A DNA stretch of 64,000 bases from an uncultured delta proteobacterium. Lineage in GTDB: Bacteria > Myxococcota_A > Polyangia > Polyangiales > Polyangiaceae. Below are positions 38,535-49,784 of this stretch, in pieces. The stretch lies in NCBI GenBank assembly GCA_963696385.1, contig CAVOKF010000007.1, positions 1,120,001 through 1,184,000 of the forward strand. Reading direction: 5' to 3'. A program made the position numbers and the translations under genes. Every line of letters begins with the position of its first letter. Position 1 is the first letter of the stretch. The notes beneath the pieces are model-generated. The model was not told where the DNA came from, made no database searches, and was given only the letters and a program-made list of their open reading frames with translations.

Positions 38535-40074
38535 TTGAGTGCGCCTCGATCGACCGTCGCTCGCCGCGTGCTGGCGTCGTTCGCCGTCACCGTAGTCGCA
38601 TTCGCCGTGACGCTCGGTTGGGGAATCGCCGCGCAAAGGCGTGCCGCCGACGACAGCGTCGAGCTCGGCCGCGGGTACGTGCCGGTGGCCATGCGTCTCG
38701 CGCAACTGCGCGCCGCTCAAACGACGCTATCGACCCTGGTCGACGGCATTCCGGACGAGCGAGAGCCTGGGTCCACGCGTGCGCTGCTCGAGACGCTGGC
38801 CGGGGCACGGCGCACGATGCTCATCGAGACCCGATTGGCCTTGACGCAAACGCTCCCGGCGGTCGGCAGCAGCATGACTCGCGACCTCGCACGCCGGCTG
38901 GCCGGTGAGCTCGATGCCATCGACGCGGCGCTCGACGCCGACCCGGCGCTTTTCGAGCGCTTGTTTACGGCGGTCGCCAATGGGGATCGGGATGGCATCA
39001 ACCGTACGATCGTTTCGCTCGGCGCACTCGAGCACGACGCGGACAAGCGGCTACGCTACCTCGCCGCCCGCCTGGGAGCGTCGATCGACGAGCTTTCCTC
39101 TGCGGCGCGCGACCGCGAACTGCGTTCGATCTGGGGGCTCGCGGTCCTCGCCGCCCTCACGCTCGCCGTCGGGGTCGTCGTGTCGCTGCACGTGCGGCGT
39201 CTGCTTGCGCCGCTGGCTCGTGTCACGGCGCGCGCTCAAGCGGTCGCCGGCGGCGATCTCGACGGCCCGTGAAGTCGCCCCGAGCGACGACGAGATTGGC
39301 CAGCTCGAGATGGCCTTCGAAAAGATGGTGGCCGGACTCGCCGGCGCGCAGGCGCTCGCGTTGTCGAATGAGCGTCTCGCCGCCATCGGCAAAATGGCGG
39401 CTCATGTAACGCACGAGATCCGCAACCCGCTGTCGGCAATGAGTCTGAACGTCGAGCTGCTCGATGAGGAGATCGGGCACAACGACGCGGCGCCACGCGC
39501 CGAAGTGAAGAACCTTCTCGCTGCGATTCAGCGCGAGGTGCAGCGGCTCGAATACCTGAGCGAAGAATATCTGCGCGTCGCGCGCCTGCCTCAGCCGCGC
39601 ATGGAGGCCGAGGACGTCTCCGCCGCCGTGCGGGAGGTCGTAGAGTTCGCGCGTCGCGAAATCGAGAGCGCTGGTTGCGTCATTACGCTTCGAGTCACAG
39701 AGGCGATCCCGCCGGCGCTGTTCGACGAGGGCCAGATTCGGCAAGCGCTCTTGAACCTTCTGCGCAACGCCCGCGAAGCCATGCCCGCGGGCGGGGAGGT
39801 CGATGTGAGTGTGGCCGCAGAGGGCATGAGCGTCGTGGTCGAGGTGGCCGATCGCGGCGGCGGTATTCCCACGGACATCCGGGCTCGGGTATTCGACCCT
39901 TTTTTTTCCACCAAGGGAGAGGGCACGGGACTCGGCCTGGCCATTACACGCCACATCGTCGACGCCCATGGCGGAAGCGTCACCTGCGAGCCTCGTGAGG
40001 GCGGGGGAACTCGGTTTCGGATCGCCCTGCCCATTGCGCCTGCCAAGAGCACCTGGCAGCCGGCGGCGTGCTAG
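38535..40074 (+). pseudogene. HAMP sensor histidine kinase interrupted by a +1 frameshift near 39261
   Basis: Frame 1 encodes TM-sensor-TM-HAMP helix 1 and stops at 39272; frame 2 continues the HAMP (TAREVAPSDDEIGQL), H-box HEIRNPL, NLLRNA, FDPFFSTK, GTGLGL. Confidence 0.8.
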
Positions 40075-40088
40075 AGCCCCAGACTGCC

Positions 40089-40823
40089 ATGGCACGCCCC
40101 GACGGCCGTTCCTTCCAGACCTGTCGACCGGTCGAAATGATTGCACACTTCCACCGCCCTTCGGAGGGCTCGGTGCTCTATCGCGCGGGCGGAACGGTGG
40201 TGCTCTGTACCGCGTCGGTCGACGACAAGGTCCCGGCATTTCTCGAGGGCAAGGGGCAAGGCTGGCTGACGGCCGAATACCAGATGCATCCGCGCGCAAA
40301 TCCCAAGCGTCAGGATCGGGACGGCCGGGGCAAAGCGCTCAGCGGACGCACGCAAGAAATTCAGCGGCTCGTCGGCCGAGCGCTGCGCGCCGCGGTGGAT
40401 TTGGGCAAGCTTGGACCGCGCACCGTGACGGTGGATTGCGACGTCCTCGAAGCGGACGGCGGGACCCGAACCGCGTCGGTGACCGGCGGATTCGTCGCTT
40501 TGGCGTTGGCCTTGGCGCGAGTCGGCGCCGTCGCATTGCGGGAACCCGTCGCGGCGGTCAGTGTCGGCCACCTGGACACGGCCGGTCTTGCGGTCGATCT
40601 CTGTTACAGCGAAGACTCGGCGGCCCGAGTCGACCTCAACGTGGTTGCGACCTCGAGCGGCAAGGTGGTCGAAGTGCAAGGGACCGCCGAAGGCGCCCCG
40701 GTAGACCGGCGCGAGATCGATACCATGATCGATCTCGCGCTCGCGGCCATCGCCGATCTCACGCGGGCGCAGCACGAGGTGCTCACCCGTGCCGGAGTCG
40801 ATCCGTGCGCGCTCATCGCGTGA
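40089..40823 (+). CDS. rph: ribonuclease PH
   Basis: RPDGR, GWLTAEY, GRTQEIQRLVGRALR, ADGGTRTAS, DLCYSEDS, EVQGTAEG. Confidence 0.95.
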   Translation: MARPDGRSFQTCRPVEMIAHFHRPSEGSVLYRAGGTVVLCTASVDDKVPAFLEGKGQGWLTAEYQMHPRANPKRQDRDGRGKALSGRTQEIQRLVGRALRAAVDLGKLGPRTVTVDCDVLEADGGTRTASVTGGFVALALALARVGAVALREPVAAVSVGHLDTAGLAVDLCYSEDSAARVDLNVVATSSGKVVEVQGTAEGAPVDRREIDTMIDLALAAIADLTRAQHEVLTRAGVDPCALIA

Positions 40824-41449
40824 CGCTCGTCCTCGCCACGAACAATCGCGGCAAGATCGAGGAGCTCCGATCTCTCCTCGCCGACTTGCCCGTCGACGTC
40901 GAGGGGGTCGCCGATCGGCTTCCAGATCCGCCTCGAGTCGTCGAGGACGGGGTCACGTTCGCCGACAACGCGCTGAAAAAGGCACGCGCCGTCGCCCACG
41001 CGACCCGCATGCTGTCGCTCGCTGACGATTCCGGGCTCGAGTTGGACGCCCTGGGCGGACGACCGGGGGTTCGGAGCGCGCGCTTTGCAGGCGAGCATGC
41101 CACCGACGAGGAGAACAACGCCGCGCTCCTCGCGGCACTGCAAGCGCTCGGAGATCCGCGAGCGACTCACGCCGGCCGCTTTCCGGCCCGATTCCGCTGC
41201 GCGCTGGCGCTCGTCGATCCGTCGGCGCAGGGCAGCGAAGGGCGCGTCTTCGAGGGGGTATGCGATGGCACGATTGCACGCACCCCCCGGGGCCACGCGG
41301 GGTTCGGTTACGACCCGATCTTCGTCGTCGCCGGATCCAACCGGACGATGGCCGAGCTGTCGCCCGAAGAAAAAAACCGCATCAGCCACCGGGCCCGCGC
41401 CCTCGCAGCCCTGCGGCCGGTGCTCGAGCAGCTCGTCCGCAAAGGTTGA
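40820..41449 (+). CDS. rdgB: RdgB/HAM1 non-canonical purine NTP pyrophosphatase
   Basis: ATNNRGK, NALKKA, DDSGL, PGVRSAR, GFGYDPIF, KNRISHR; GTGA overlap with rph. Confidence 0.95.
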   Translation: MTLVLATNNRGKIEELRSLLADLPVDVEGVADRLPDPPRVVEDGVTFADNALKKARAVAHATRMLSLADDSGLELDALGGRPGVRSARFAGEHATDEENNAALLAALQALGDPRATHAGRFPARFRCALALVDPSAQGSEGRVFEGVCDGTIARTPRGHAGFGYDPIFVVAGSNRTMAELSPEEKNRISHRARALAALRPVLEQLVRKG

Positions 41450-41571
41450 GCCGCCTTGCATCGCCGAACGGCGACCCCGTCGTGCTGCCTTTTGCGTCGG
41501 GCGGCGCCGGATCCGCGATGCGGAAAGAGACGGCGTCACCTCGTCATCTCCAGTCCTCGCGAATTCTCGCT

Positions 41572-42447
41572 CTATCGGCCAAGCAGGTCCGCGTGAAGCC
41601 CACAACCGATGACGACTGCGTAGTAGCTCTGCTGCGCGGACCCTGGGATCGCAGCGCCGTTGGCGTACGGAGGGCCCGTCAGTCCGTCGCGCTGGTTGGG
41701 CCCGAAAGCGACATTGCCCTGGGTTCCGGTGAGCGTTCCCCCCGAAACGGTCGTCATGGGTGACAGGGTCAAATTCCGTGTGAGACGCACTTCGATACCA
41801 AGGCCGAGACGAAGGATTTCGAAGCCCGTGGCGCTCCAGTCGGCCGCCGCTTCGGTGAGCTCGAACCGACGAAATCCGAGCGAGATCTCGCCGGCCAGTG
41901 CCATCGAGTGGATGTTTCCCACCACGTACCGAAAACCGCCGCCGAAAAACGTGGTGTCGGCCTTGGCGTTTTCCCCGTCGAAGCGACGGCCAGCACCGAC
42001 CACTCCGATCTCGACGACGAGATACGGGATGTAGTGCGTGGCCAGCCGGGCCCCGACGTCGGCTTCCAAACCCAGGCCGGGAGTAACGAAATTCCCGGTG
42101 GTCTCGAGCCCCCCTCCCGGGTCGACGTACAGGCTGCCCCCGTACGCCAGCACTCCGGCGCGGCCGCCAACCCACAGAGAATAGGGGGGTGCCCGAATCG
42201 GGTCGGCGACGGGGGCTCCATGCGGAGCCGCAACGGCGGGCGCACTTGCGGTCGCCTGGCCGACTGCAGTATTTTGGGCCCGAGTCGCGGAAACCGGAGC
42301 CAGGGTGCTTCCGGTCGGTGCTGTCGAGGTCGGCGCCATCGAAACCGCGCCGGCGTCCGGTTCGGGCAGCGGCGGCACGGGGTCCGCTTGCGCTTGGGCC
42401 GCCACACTGCACACAAAAGCCAGGGGGATTGCGAAAGCTTTTCGCAT
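41572..42447 (-). CDS. secreted protein with Pro-rich linker and outer-membrane beta-barrel-like domain
   Basis: Signal peptide AQAQA, P/T/A linker, alternating aromatic/Gly beta-strands. Confidence 0.65.
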   Translation of the reverse strand: MRKAFAIPLAFVCSVAAQAQADPVPPLPEPDAGAVSMAPTSTAPTGSTLAPVSATRAQNTAVGQATASAPAVAAPHGAPVADPIRAPPYSLWVGGRAGVLAYGGSLYVDPGGGLETTGNFVTPGLGLEADVGARLATHYIPYLVVEIGVVGAGRRFDGENAKADTTFFGGGFRYVVGNIHSMALAGEISLGFRRFELTEAAADWSATGFEILRLGLGIEVRLTRNLTLSPMTTVSGGTLTGTQGNVAFGPNQRDGLTGPPYANGAAIPGSAQQSYYAVVIGCGLHADLLGR

Positions 42448-42547
42448 GGGAAAGGGCACGGAATTCAGAAGGGGCGCCGGGCGCGCACGTGCCAGACTAG
42501 CGGACGGACTCGACGGATGCCCAGCGTGGCGCCATTAAGCGGTGACG

Positions 42548-42898
42548 ATGGCGAAGCCTTGGGCCGAAATCGGCCGCTACGGCGGCGTGGGCATCGAGTT
42601 CGTTCTGACCATCCTCATCGTGTCGTGGCTCGGTCATTGGTTGGATGGTCGGGTTAGGCTGCACGGATACGGCTTGGCGATCGGCTTCTTGGTCGGGGTG
42701 GCGGTGGCCTTCCGGCTTCTCTTTCGTACCGCCCAGCGAATGCAGGGCGACATCGAGCGCGCGGAGGCGCGCGATCCGGGTTCGAGCCGCTGGACCGTGG
42801 ACCCGAATTGGTTGCACAAGGATCCGAGCGAAACCGCCACGCCGTCGAACAGCACGCATGCGATGCCACCGCCGAAGGACGACCACGATGCCGGCTGA
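42548..42898 (+). CDS. AtpZ/AtpI-family protein
   Basis: GIEF...GHWLD..two TM helices; first gene of the Fo operon. Confidence 0.8.
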   Translation: MAKPWAEIGRYGGVGIEFVLTILIVSWLGHWLDGRVRLHGYGLAIGFLVGVAVAFRLLFRTAQRMQGDIERAEARDPGSSRWTVDPNWLHKDPSETATPSNSTHAMPPPKDDHDAG

Positions 42899-43319
42899 AC
42901 CACTGGGGATTCGCCCGCGATCACGCGGGCTCGATGCACGAATGCGCACCTCCATCGCCACCGTCGCCTCGTTGGGCGCCGGATCCGCGCTCGTGACGGC
43001 CGCATTCGCGGGGCCCAAGTCAGCGGTTTCGGTCGCCGTCGCGGCCGCCCTGGCTGCGGGCAACCTGTGGGCGCTCGCACGAATCGTCGTGGCCCTTCTC
43101 CCCGACGATGGTTCGGGGCCGAACACCCCACATCGCGGAGGCTGGGCGGTCCTCGCGGCGCTCAAGATGGGAGGCCTTCTCGCGGCGTCGTGGCTGCTCA
43201 TGCGTCACGGGCTCACCGGACCGGTGACGATGGCTATCGGGTTCCTGTCCTTGCCGATGGGCATTGCCATCGGCACGCTCGTGAGCGATAGAAGCGCCGC
43301 GTCGCAAGATCCCCACTGA
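42888..43319 (+). CDS. atpI: ATP synthase subunit I-like membrane protein
   Basis: Four hydrophobic segments with N..L and K-containing motifs; immediately upstream of atpB. Confidence 0.65.
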   Translation: MPAEPLGIRPRSRGLDARMRTSIATVASLGAGSALVTAAFAGPKSAVSVAVAAALAAGNLWALARIVVALLPDDGSGPNTPHRGGWAVLAALKMGGLLAASWLLMRHGLTGPVTMAIGFLSLPMGIAIGTLVSDRSAASQDPH

Positions 43320-43322
43320 GCC

Positions 43323-44162
43323 ATGCCCGAGCACGCCTCCTTCTTCGGATACCTCCTCGCGCAGTTCCCTGCCCTGAACGAGAACATGCGCGTATTTGGC
43401 GAGAGTTTCCTCGGCCACCAGCCGGTCTACTCCCACGGCGCGGAACCGCTCGCAGCGAGCCTCGCCGTCATGCTGCTCGTGCTGGCGCTCGCGTTGCTCG
43501 TGCGCCCGGCGCTGGCTCGCCACGAGCAAGCCGTCATCCCGGAATCCAAGCTTACGCTGCGTACGTTCTTCGAGGTCTGGATCGGCTACTGGTACGGGCT
43601 CATGAAGGACATGATGGGACCGAAGCGCGCGAAGCGATACTTTCCGCTGATTGGTTCCCTCTCGCTCTTCATCGTGTTCGGAAACTTCTTGGGGCTCATC
43701 CCAGGATTCACGCCGCCGACGTCGAACTGGAACATCACGCTCGGCTGCGCGGCCATCGTGTTCGTGATGTTCAACTATTATGGGATCCAGGCGAACGGAC
43801 TCGGGTACTTCAAGCATCTCTTTGGACCGTGGCTGGGTTGGCCGCTCATCCCCGTCAACCTGCTGCTGTTCGTGGTGGAGACCTTCTCGCTCTGCATCCG
43901 TCCGTTGACGCTCAGCATTCGTCTGATGCTCAACATGGCGGTCGACCACCTCCTCGTAACGATCGCACTCGGCATGAGCGCGCTGTTCCTGCCTGTGCCC
44001 GTCCTCGTGCTGAGCACGCTTGTGTGCATCGTTCAGGTGCTGGTATTTTGCATTCTGACCTCGATCTACATCGCACTCGCCACCGAACACGAAGAGCATG
44101 AGGCCGACGCGAGCGGTCACGGATCCTCCGGCGCCGCCCACGCCGCGGGGGCCGCGTCTTGA
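43323..44162 (+). CDS. atpB: F0F1 ATP synthase subunit a
   Basis: NFLGLIPG..PPTSN, IRPLTLSIRL..NM, VQ..VF..LT.IY. Confidence 0.95.
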   Translation: MPEHASFFGYLLAQFPALNENMRVFGESFLGHQPVYSHGAEPLAASLAVMLLVLALALLVRPALARHEQAVIPESKLTLRTFFEVWIGYWYGLMKDMMGPKRAKRYFPLIGSLSLFIVFGNFLGLIPGFTPPTSNWNITLGCAAIVFVMFNYYGIQANGLGYFKHLFGPWLGWPLIPVNLLLFVVETFSLCIRPLTLSIRLMLNMAVDHLLVTIALGMSALFLPVPVLVLSTLVCIVQVLVFCILTSIYIALATEHEEHEADASGHGSSGAAHAAGAAS

Positions 44163-44267
44163 GCCCGTTCGATTCGGACCGGCTAGCCCCCCGGTCAAAA
44201 AGCGACTAAGAGGGGCCGGCCCGAACCGCAGTGCTTCAACTCTTCACGCACGAAGGAGTCAGTGACG

Positions 44268-44609
<342 letters not shown>

Positions 44610-44630
44610 AACGGCGCCCCCCGGCGCACT

Positions 44631-44700
44631 CTCAGTACAGCGCCCCCTTAAGCGGTACCCAGCTGCGCTGCCTGCGTGGCAGGCTGGCGCTGCTCTAAGA
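44631..44700. repeat. MITE/REP-like element, copy 2 (inverted relative to 18317-18392)
   Basis: 63 of 70 aligned positions identical to the reverse complement of copy 1, with a 6-bp deletion (GGGTAC). Confidence 0.85.
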
Positions 44701-44708
44701 CGGCTTCC

Positions 44709-44750
44709 TTGGGGCTTCGCCCCAAACCCCCAATCGCCTCCCGGCGATTG
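44709..44750. terminator. two adjacent hairpins between convergent genes
   Basis: TTGGGGC-TTC-GCCCCAA and CAATCGCC-TCCC-GGCGATTG; no clear U-tract. Confidence 0.35.
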
Positions 44751-44793
44751 AAGTACACCGTCCGGCTGATCCCTTTGTTCTGGGGCGGTCTAC

Positions 44794-46074
44794 TCAGCGA
44801 ACCCGCACGATGCTCCCGGGGTCGAGGGGCGTCGGAAACACCGCCGCCCATCCGGACGGCATGCGCGGTGCCGTGAACGAGAAGAGCCAACGCGCGTCGC
44901 GCGGAGACAAGTTCACGCACCCGTGGCTTCGGACGTGGCCAAAGTCTCCATGCCAGTACGTCCCGTGAAGGGCGACGGCGCCGTCGAAGAACTGCACGTA
45001 GGGCACCTCGTCCATGGAATAGCTCTCTTCGGCCTCCTCGCGACCGACGTTATCCATGTCGGACGCGCGGATCTTGACCCAAATACGGTGCACTCCAGCC
45101 GGAGTTTCGGCGCCGCTTCCCAAGGCGCCGCGCCCCGTCGATGCGAGGGTCGCGTAGACCGGCCGGATTCCTTCGTACGCAACCAGGGTCTCGGACGCGG
45201 TGTCGACGTCAATCCAATGCTCGTCGGGAGCGACGAGTTGAACCGGTGGCTCCGCCATGGTCGGGCGCGCCAGGTCGCGGGCCATCATCCAACCGTCGTC
45301 TTCGACGCGCACCATGGGGCCACGGTCCTCTTGGATGACGACCCTGTCGAAGCGAGCATGGGTGCGGTTCGGCTTGCCCTTCGGACTGGGCTCCGACCAG
45401 ACCTGGGCCGGATCGGCGAGCACCCAGGCGAAGTCGAGACGACCCCCTTCGACGGCCGTGCCGTGAAACGCGGAAGGACGCGCGGGCACGAGATCCCGCA
45501 ACGAGAGCCAGACCCCCTTGGACGTTCGCGCCCATGGCTGCCCGTCGACCATCCGTTGCTCGGCCACGCCGACCGCCCAGCCGCCCTCGAGCTCGTGATC
45601 GGAGGTGCCCTCCCGCGCCAACTCCAAACTCGCGTACGCGCTCGTTCCAGCCGGGACGACGAAAAAGTACTGCAGCCACAAGCCATCGTCGCCCGTTTGC
45701 GATTCGCGAGATTGCGGCTCGTCCGCCAACAACTCGGCGTCGTCCGAACAAGCCCACGCGAGCGCCCCGACGAGCCACCAACGACCGGAACAGCCGGATC
45801 CACGTTTCGCCCCGTAGAATGGGAGCGAGGCTCCAGGCAACGTCGTGCCGCGCCGCGCACTCGCGCCGCTGGGTCCTGCAAACAGCGTGAGGGTGCCGGA
45901 GTCACCGGGGTCACCCCGCGTCGACCCCACCGAGCGAGCCCACGAAGGCGGCGGCAAGTCTCCCTCTTCCATCCACGGGGGTAGCAAAACATCGGAGTGG
46001 GCCGAGCCCGCGACCGCCGTGACGACGGCGAGACAAGAGATCATCGACCCGCGGCCGGGGCGCATGCGGCTCAC
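44794..46074 (-). CDS. L,D-transpeptidase (YkuD) family protein
   Basis: WIDVD...[28 protein letters not shown]; signal peptide; GTGA overlap with the upstream kinase. Confidence 0.9.
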   Translation of the reverse strand: MSRMRPGRGSMISCLAVVTAVAGSAHSDVLLPPWMEEGDLPPPSWARSVGSTRGDPGDSGTLTLFAGPSGASARRGTTLPGASLPFYGAKRGSGCSGRWWLVGALAWACSDDAELLADEPQSRESQTGDDGLWLQYFFVVPAGTSAYASLELAREGTSDHELEGGWAVGVAEQRMVDGQPWARTSKGVWLSLRDLVPARPSAFHGTAVEGGRLDFAWVLADPAQVWSEPSPKGKPNRTHARFDRVVIQEDRGPMVRVEDDGWMMARDLARPTMAEPPVQLVAPDEHWIDVDTASETLVAYEGIRPVYATLASTGRGALGSGAETPAGVHRIWVKIRASDMDNVGREEAEESYSMDEVPYVQFFDGAVALHGTYWHGDFGHVRSHGCVNLSPRDARWLFSFTAPRMPSGWAAVFPTPLDPGSIVRVR

Positions 46075-47870
46075 ACCGAAGGCTGCGGCAAGCGCAGCTT
46101 GAACGTTGCGCCCCGGCTCGACGACTGCACGGTGATCGTGCCGCCATGCTCGTCGGCGATTTTCTTGACGATGGCGAGTCCGAGGCCAGTGCCGCCCTTT
46201 TTGCCGCTGGTCACGAACGACTGGAACAATCGGTGCTCGATGTCTTTCGGAATGCCCGGGCCCGTGTCCGAGAACGAAACCACCAGCGCACGATCCACCT
46301 TGTCGCGCGTGACCTTGATGACGAGCTTGCCACCGCCGGGCCCCATGGCCTCCGCGGCGTTGCGTGCCAGGTTGTGCACGACACGAAGCAGTTTTCCCTC
46401 GTCGAAGCGTGCGGTGCCCCGCTCTTGGACGTCGACGACGAGTTCGACGCCGCGCTTGGCCAGATCTCCCTCGAGCTGCTTGCGCACGTCTTCGAAGAAC
46501 TTCTGAACGTAGACCTTACGGATGAGCACGCTCTTTTCGCCGCGAGCGAATTCGAGCACCTCGCGCTGCATGGCGCCGATATGGTCGAATTGGTCGAGGA
46601 TGAGCCGTGCGAAATCTCGGCGGCGCGACGCCTCGTTGGTCGACTGCATGAGCTGGACGTACCCGCCGATGACGGTGAGCGGCGTCTTCAGATCGTGGAT
46701 CACGCTCGAGAGAAGCCTGCCGATGGTCGTCAGCCGCTCCTCGCGTTCACGTCCCTCGCGCGACAGTTGGAGCCGGATGGCCGTCGACGCATTCGCCGCA
46801 ACGAGCTCGAGGAGCTCACGGTCCTCGTCGTTGAACGGCCGGGCTCCCCGCTTGTTGTAAATGGCGATCGCGCCCATCGGCGCGTTGTGCTCGCCTTCGA
46901 GCGGGACGACCAGTGCGGTCTTCGCCCGGCCGGCCCCGATGCGCAAGTCGAGCGCTTCGTCGCGTCGTGGATCGCTTTCGGCGTCGTTCGAGACGAGAAC
47001 CTCGTCGTTGCGAATCGCCCAGCCGATGAGTCCCGCGTCCTCTGGATACGGCAGACGGCGCATCTTTTTGGCACGGTCGTCGATGAAGTGGAGGTCGCCG
47101 ATCCGCTCGTGCGAATCGCGCAACGCGACGGCCCCCATCCGGGCCTCGCACGCCCGCATGGCTTCTCCCAAGACCGCGATGAACAGCTCCTCGAGCGACG
47201 CGGCACGCCCCATCGCGTGCTCCAAGTCGAAAAGCAGCTTGAGATCGTGAACCCGGTGCTCGAGTTGCTCTTTGGTGTCGAGCAACTGGATGTTCTTCTG
47301 CGTTACCGACATGAACAGCCGCGAATTGTCGATGCTCACGGCCGCCTGGGTCGCCAGCGCCGCGAGAATCTCCGCGTCGTCGTCTGTGAATTCGTCTCGC
47401 TTCTTGTTGAGGACCTGCACGACACCGATCGTCTTGCCCAGGTGATTCTTCATCGGGGCCGCCAGAATCGATCGCGTGCGATAGCCCGACAGCAGGTCCC
47501 ATTCGGCCCCGAATCGAGGGTCCTTGTAGGCGTCGCGCACGTGGAGCGGCTTGCCCGTGCGCGCGACATGACCGGCAATTCCGTGACCGATCTTCAGACG
47601 AATCGAGCGCACGGCACTTCCGTGAGCGATGCGCGAGACGAGCTCGTTATTCGCTTCGTCCAAGAGGTAGAGCGTCGCGCGATCGGCTTCGAGCGTCTCG
47701 GTGATTTTTTGCAGGATGAGCTCGAGCAGGTGGTCCAGATCGAGAGTCGCACCGAGCGCCACCCCGACCTCGCGCAGCGCCTTGCTGACACGCAGCTCGC
47801 GCGCGAGCGCCGCCTCGACGTCCGCCAAACGAGCGTCGAGAGCGCGCGCGGGGGCGGGTTTCGGCGGCAC
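46071..47870 (-). CDS. cytoplasmic GAF-GAF sensor histidine kinase
   Basis: Two GAF domains ([27 protein letters not shown]), HDLKTPL, NLARNA, DTGPG, GTGLGL. Confidence 0.92.
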   Translation of the reverse strand: MPPKPAPARALDARLADVEAALARELRVSKALREVGVALGATLDLDHLLELILQKITETLEADRATLYLLDEANNELVSRIAHGSAVRSIRLKIGHGIAGHVARTGKPLHVRDAYKDPRFGAEWDLLSGYRTRSILAAPMKNHLGKTIGVVQVLNKKRDEFTDDDAEILAALATQAAVSIDNSRLFMSVTQKNIQLLDTKEQLEHRVHDLKLLFDLEHAMGRAASLEELFIAVLGEAMRACEARMGAVALRDSHERIGDLHFIDDRAKKMRRLPYPEDAGLIGWAIRNDEVLVSNDAESDPRRDEALDLRIGAGRAKTALVVPLEGEHNAPMGAIAIYNKRGARPFNDEDRELLELVAANASTAIRLQLSREGREREERLTTIGRLLSSVIHDLKTPLTVIGGYVQLMQSTNEASRRRDFARLILDQFDHIGAMQREVLEFARGEKSVLIRKVYVQKFFEDVRKQLEGDLAKRGVELVVDVQERGTARFDEGKLLRVVHNLARNAAEAMGPGGGKLVIKVTRDKVDRALVVSFSDTGPGIPKDIEHRLFQSFVTSGKKGGTGLGLAIVKKIADEHGGTITVQSSSRGATFKLRLPQPSV

Positions 47871-47989
47871 GCTACCTATCCTATCAGCCGCGGCCCCCGC
47901 GCCGGCAGAGGCAACTTGCCCCGCCCACCTCTGCCCTTCCGCTGATTGCGACAGAGCTCGGTTTCGCGTAGCGTCGCGCGCCCGATCTC

Positions 47990-48709
47990 ATGCCCCGCAC
48001 GCTTATCGTTACTCCGACATACAACGAGCGACAGAATCTAGAACGCTTCGTGAGCGGAGTGCGGAGCGCACTTCCCGAAGCCGACGTTCTGGTGGTCGAT
48101 GACAACTCGCCGGACGGGACTGGTTCCCTCGCCGACGAGCTGGCGCGTGCCGACGCGCACGTGCGCGTCGTCCATCGCGCGGGCAAGCTTGGATTGGGAA
48201 CGGCGTACGTCACTGCATTCACGCAGGGCCTGGCCGAGGGCTACGATCGGTTCTTCGAGATGGACGCCGATTTGTCGCATGACCCCCGGTATTTGCCCGA
48301 GTTCGTTCGCGCGCTCGACGACGGCTTCGACGTCGTCATTGGCTCGCGCAACGTGGCCGGCGGCGGTGTCGAGGGCTGGGGGCCCGGACGACACTTCATC
48401 TCCAAAGGCGGCAGCCTCTATTCGCGTCTCGTTCTCGGCCTGCCGGTGCGCGACCTGACGAGCGGGTACAAGGCATTCGCCCGGCGCGCTCTCGAAGCAC
48501 TGGACCTCGAGGGCGTCCGCTCCAACGGCTACTCGTTTCAGATTGAATTGACCTACCGCGCGGTCCTCCGTGGAATGCGCGTCAAGGAGGTCCCGATTGT
48601 CTTCGTCGATCGAACGCTCGGCCGCTCCAAGATGAGCCGGAAAATTTTCATCGAAGCGGTGGGCATGGTCTGGAAGCTTCGGCTCGATGCGATGCGCGGC
48701 CGGCTGTAG
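47990..48709 (+). CDS. polyprenol monophosphomannose synthase-like GT2
   Basis: PTYNE, VDDNSPDGT, GLGTAY, MDADLSHDP, DLTSGYK, GYSFQIE, EVPIVFVDR. Confidence 0.92.
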   Translation: MPRTLIVTPTYNERQNLERFVSGVRSALPEADVLVVDDNSPDGTGSLADELARADAHVRVVHRAGKLGLGTAYVTAFTQGLAEGYDRFFEMDADLSHDPRYLPEFVRALDDGFDVVIGSRNVAGGGVEGWGPGRHFISKGGSLYSRLVLGLPVRDLTSGYKAFARRALEALDLEGVRSNGYSFQIELTYRAVLRGMRVKEVPIVFVDRTLGRSKMSRKIFIEAVGMVWKLRLDAMRGRL

Positions 48710-49462
48710 TCAAACCTTGGTTGCCGCGATCACGACGTGCGGATACGGCAAAATGTCGGGGACGCGCACCATGCGGACGGCAAAGCCGAGCGAGGTCAGC
48801 ATGCGAGCCCACTCGCGGTGATGACGATAGGAAAGTGGCTCGTCCCAGCCGACCATCAGCCGATCGAGCGCCTCGGTGAAGAGCAACCCGAGCCGCGGCT
48901 CGGTCGTGATGTCTTTGACGAGCAGCATGCCCCCGGGCACGATGAGCGACCGCAATCGCTCGAGGACGCGCCATTGATCGTCGGCGGGCAGGTGATGCAT
49001 CACGTCGAGCACGTAGGCCGCGTCGAAGGGTCCCTCGAGCGCGACGTCGCGCACGTCGCCCACGACGAACGTCTGCTGGCGCATTCCGAGTCGATCCGCC
49101 ACGCGCCGCGCGAGGCGAATCCGCCGAGGGTTTGGATCCACACCGGTAATGCGACGGCCTGGTTGCGTTTGTCCAAAGTACGCTGCAAATAGACCGAATC
49201 CGCAGCCGACGTCGAGAATGCGACCCTGATCGGTGAGCATCAAGTCCATGACGCTCAGAAGCTTCGGGCGCAGGATGGAGAAACGCACTCGCGAATAGGC
49301 TCTCTCGACGAGCGGTAGAGCGCGAACGATTTGGGCGATCGCGCCACGGCCGTAGATTTCAGGAGCCTCGAAGGTCGCCGGGGCAAGCCGCGCCCGCCAC
49401 GACCGGAAGCCGCGGAGCGGACTTGAAGTGCGACGGGGTACCCAGGCGGACGCGGAGGGCAA
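48710..49462 (-). CDS. class I SAM-dependent methyltransferase
   Basis: ILDVGCGFG, GVDP, FDAAYVLDVMHH, PGG.LL; start uncertain but must lie downstream of the tRNA. Confidence 0.82.
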   Translation of the reverse strand: MPSASAWVPRRTSSPLRGFRSWRARLAPATFEAPEIYGRGAIAQIVRALPLVERAYSRVRFSILRPKLLSVMDLMLTDQGRILDVGCGFGLFAAYFGQTQPGRRITGVDPNPRRIRLARRVADRLGMRQQTFVVGDVRDVALEGPFDAAYVLDVMHHLPADDQWRVLERLRSLIVPGGMLLVKDITTEPRLGLLFTEALDRLMVGWDEPLSYRHHREWARMLTSLGFAVRMVRVPDILPYPHVVIAATKV

Positions 49463-49502
49463 CGGGGCACCCTCGTAGGACGCACCGACGAACCGCGTCA
49501 AG

Positions 49503-49576
49503 CGCGCCCGGAGGGATTCGAACCCCCGACCCGTGGCTTCGAAGGCCACTGCTCTATCCAGCTGAGCTACAGGCGC
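49503..49576 (-). tRNA. tRNA-Arg(TCG)
   Basis: GCGCCTG acceptor stem, TAGCTCAGCTGGATAGAGC D-arm, GTGGC-CTTCGAA-GCCAC anticodon arm, GGTTCGAATCC; CCA not encoded. Confidence 0.96.
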
Positions 49577-49784
49577 AAACGGCGACTGGACGCCGTATCA
49601 CGCGCGCGACGTCGATACCAGGGCGGCAACCCGAGGCCCGGAAAATCGCGCCGGGCCCGGCCTTTTTCCCCGCGCCGATCGCTGCGGCGCGTGATCGCCC
49701 GCGCGCGCGATCGGCATGGAACTAGGACGGCCGCGCTGGAGCTGGAGGCCGCGCACGACTGCCCCAAATCCGTCCGGTCCGCAA

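Noticed and set aside
42481..42496. TGGCACG sigma-54-like site upstream of the 42447 gene
   Set aside because: GG-to-GC spacing is not 10 nt and there is no TGC at -12
49463..49549. N-terminal extension of the methyltransferase ORF as given in the ORF track
   Set aside because: It runs through the tRNA-Arg gene; the true start must be downstream
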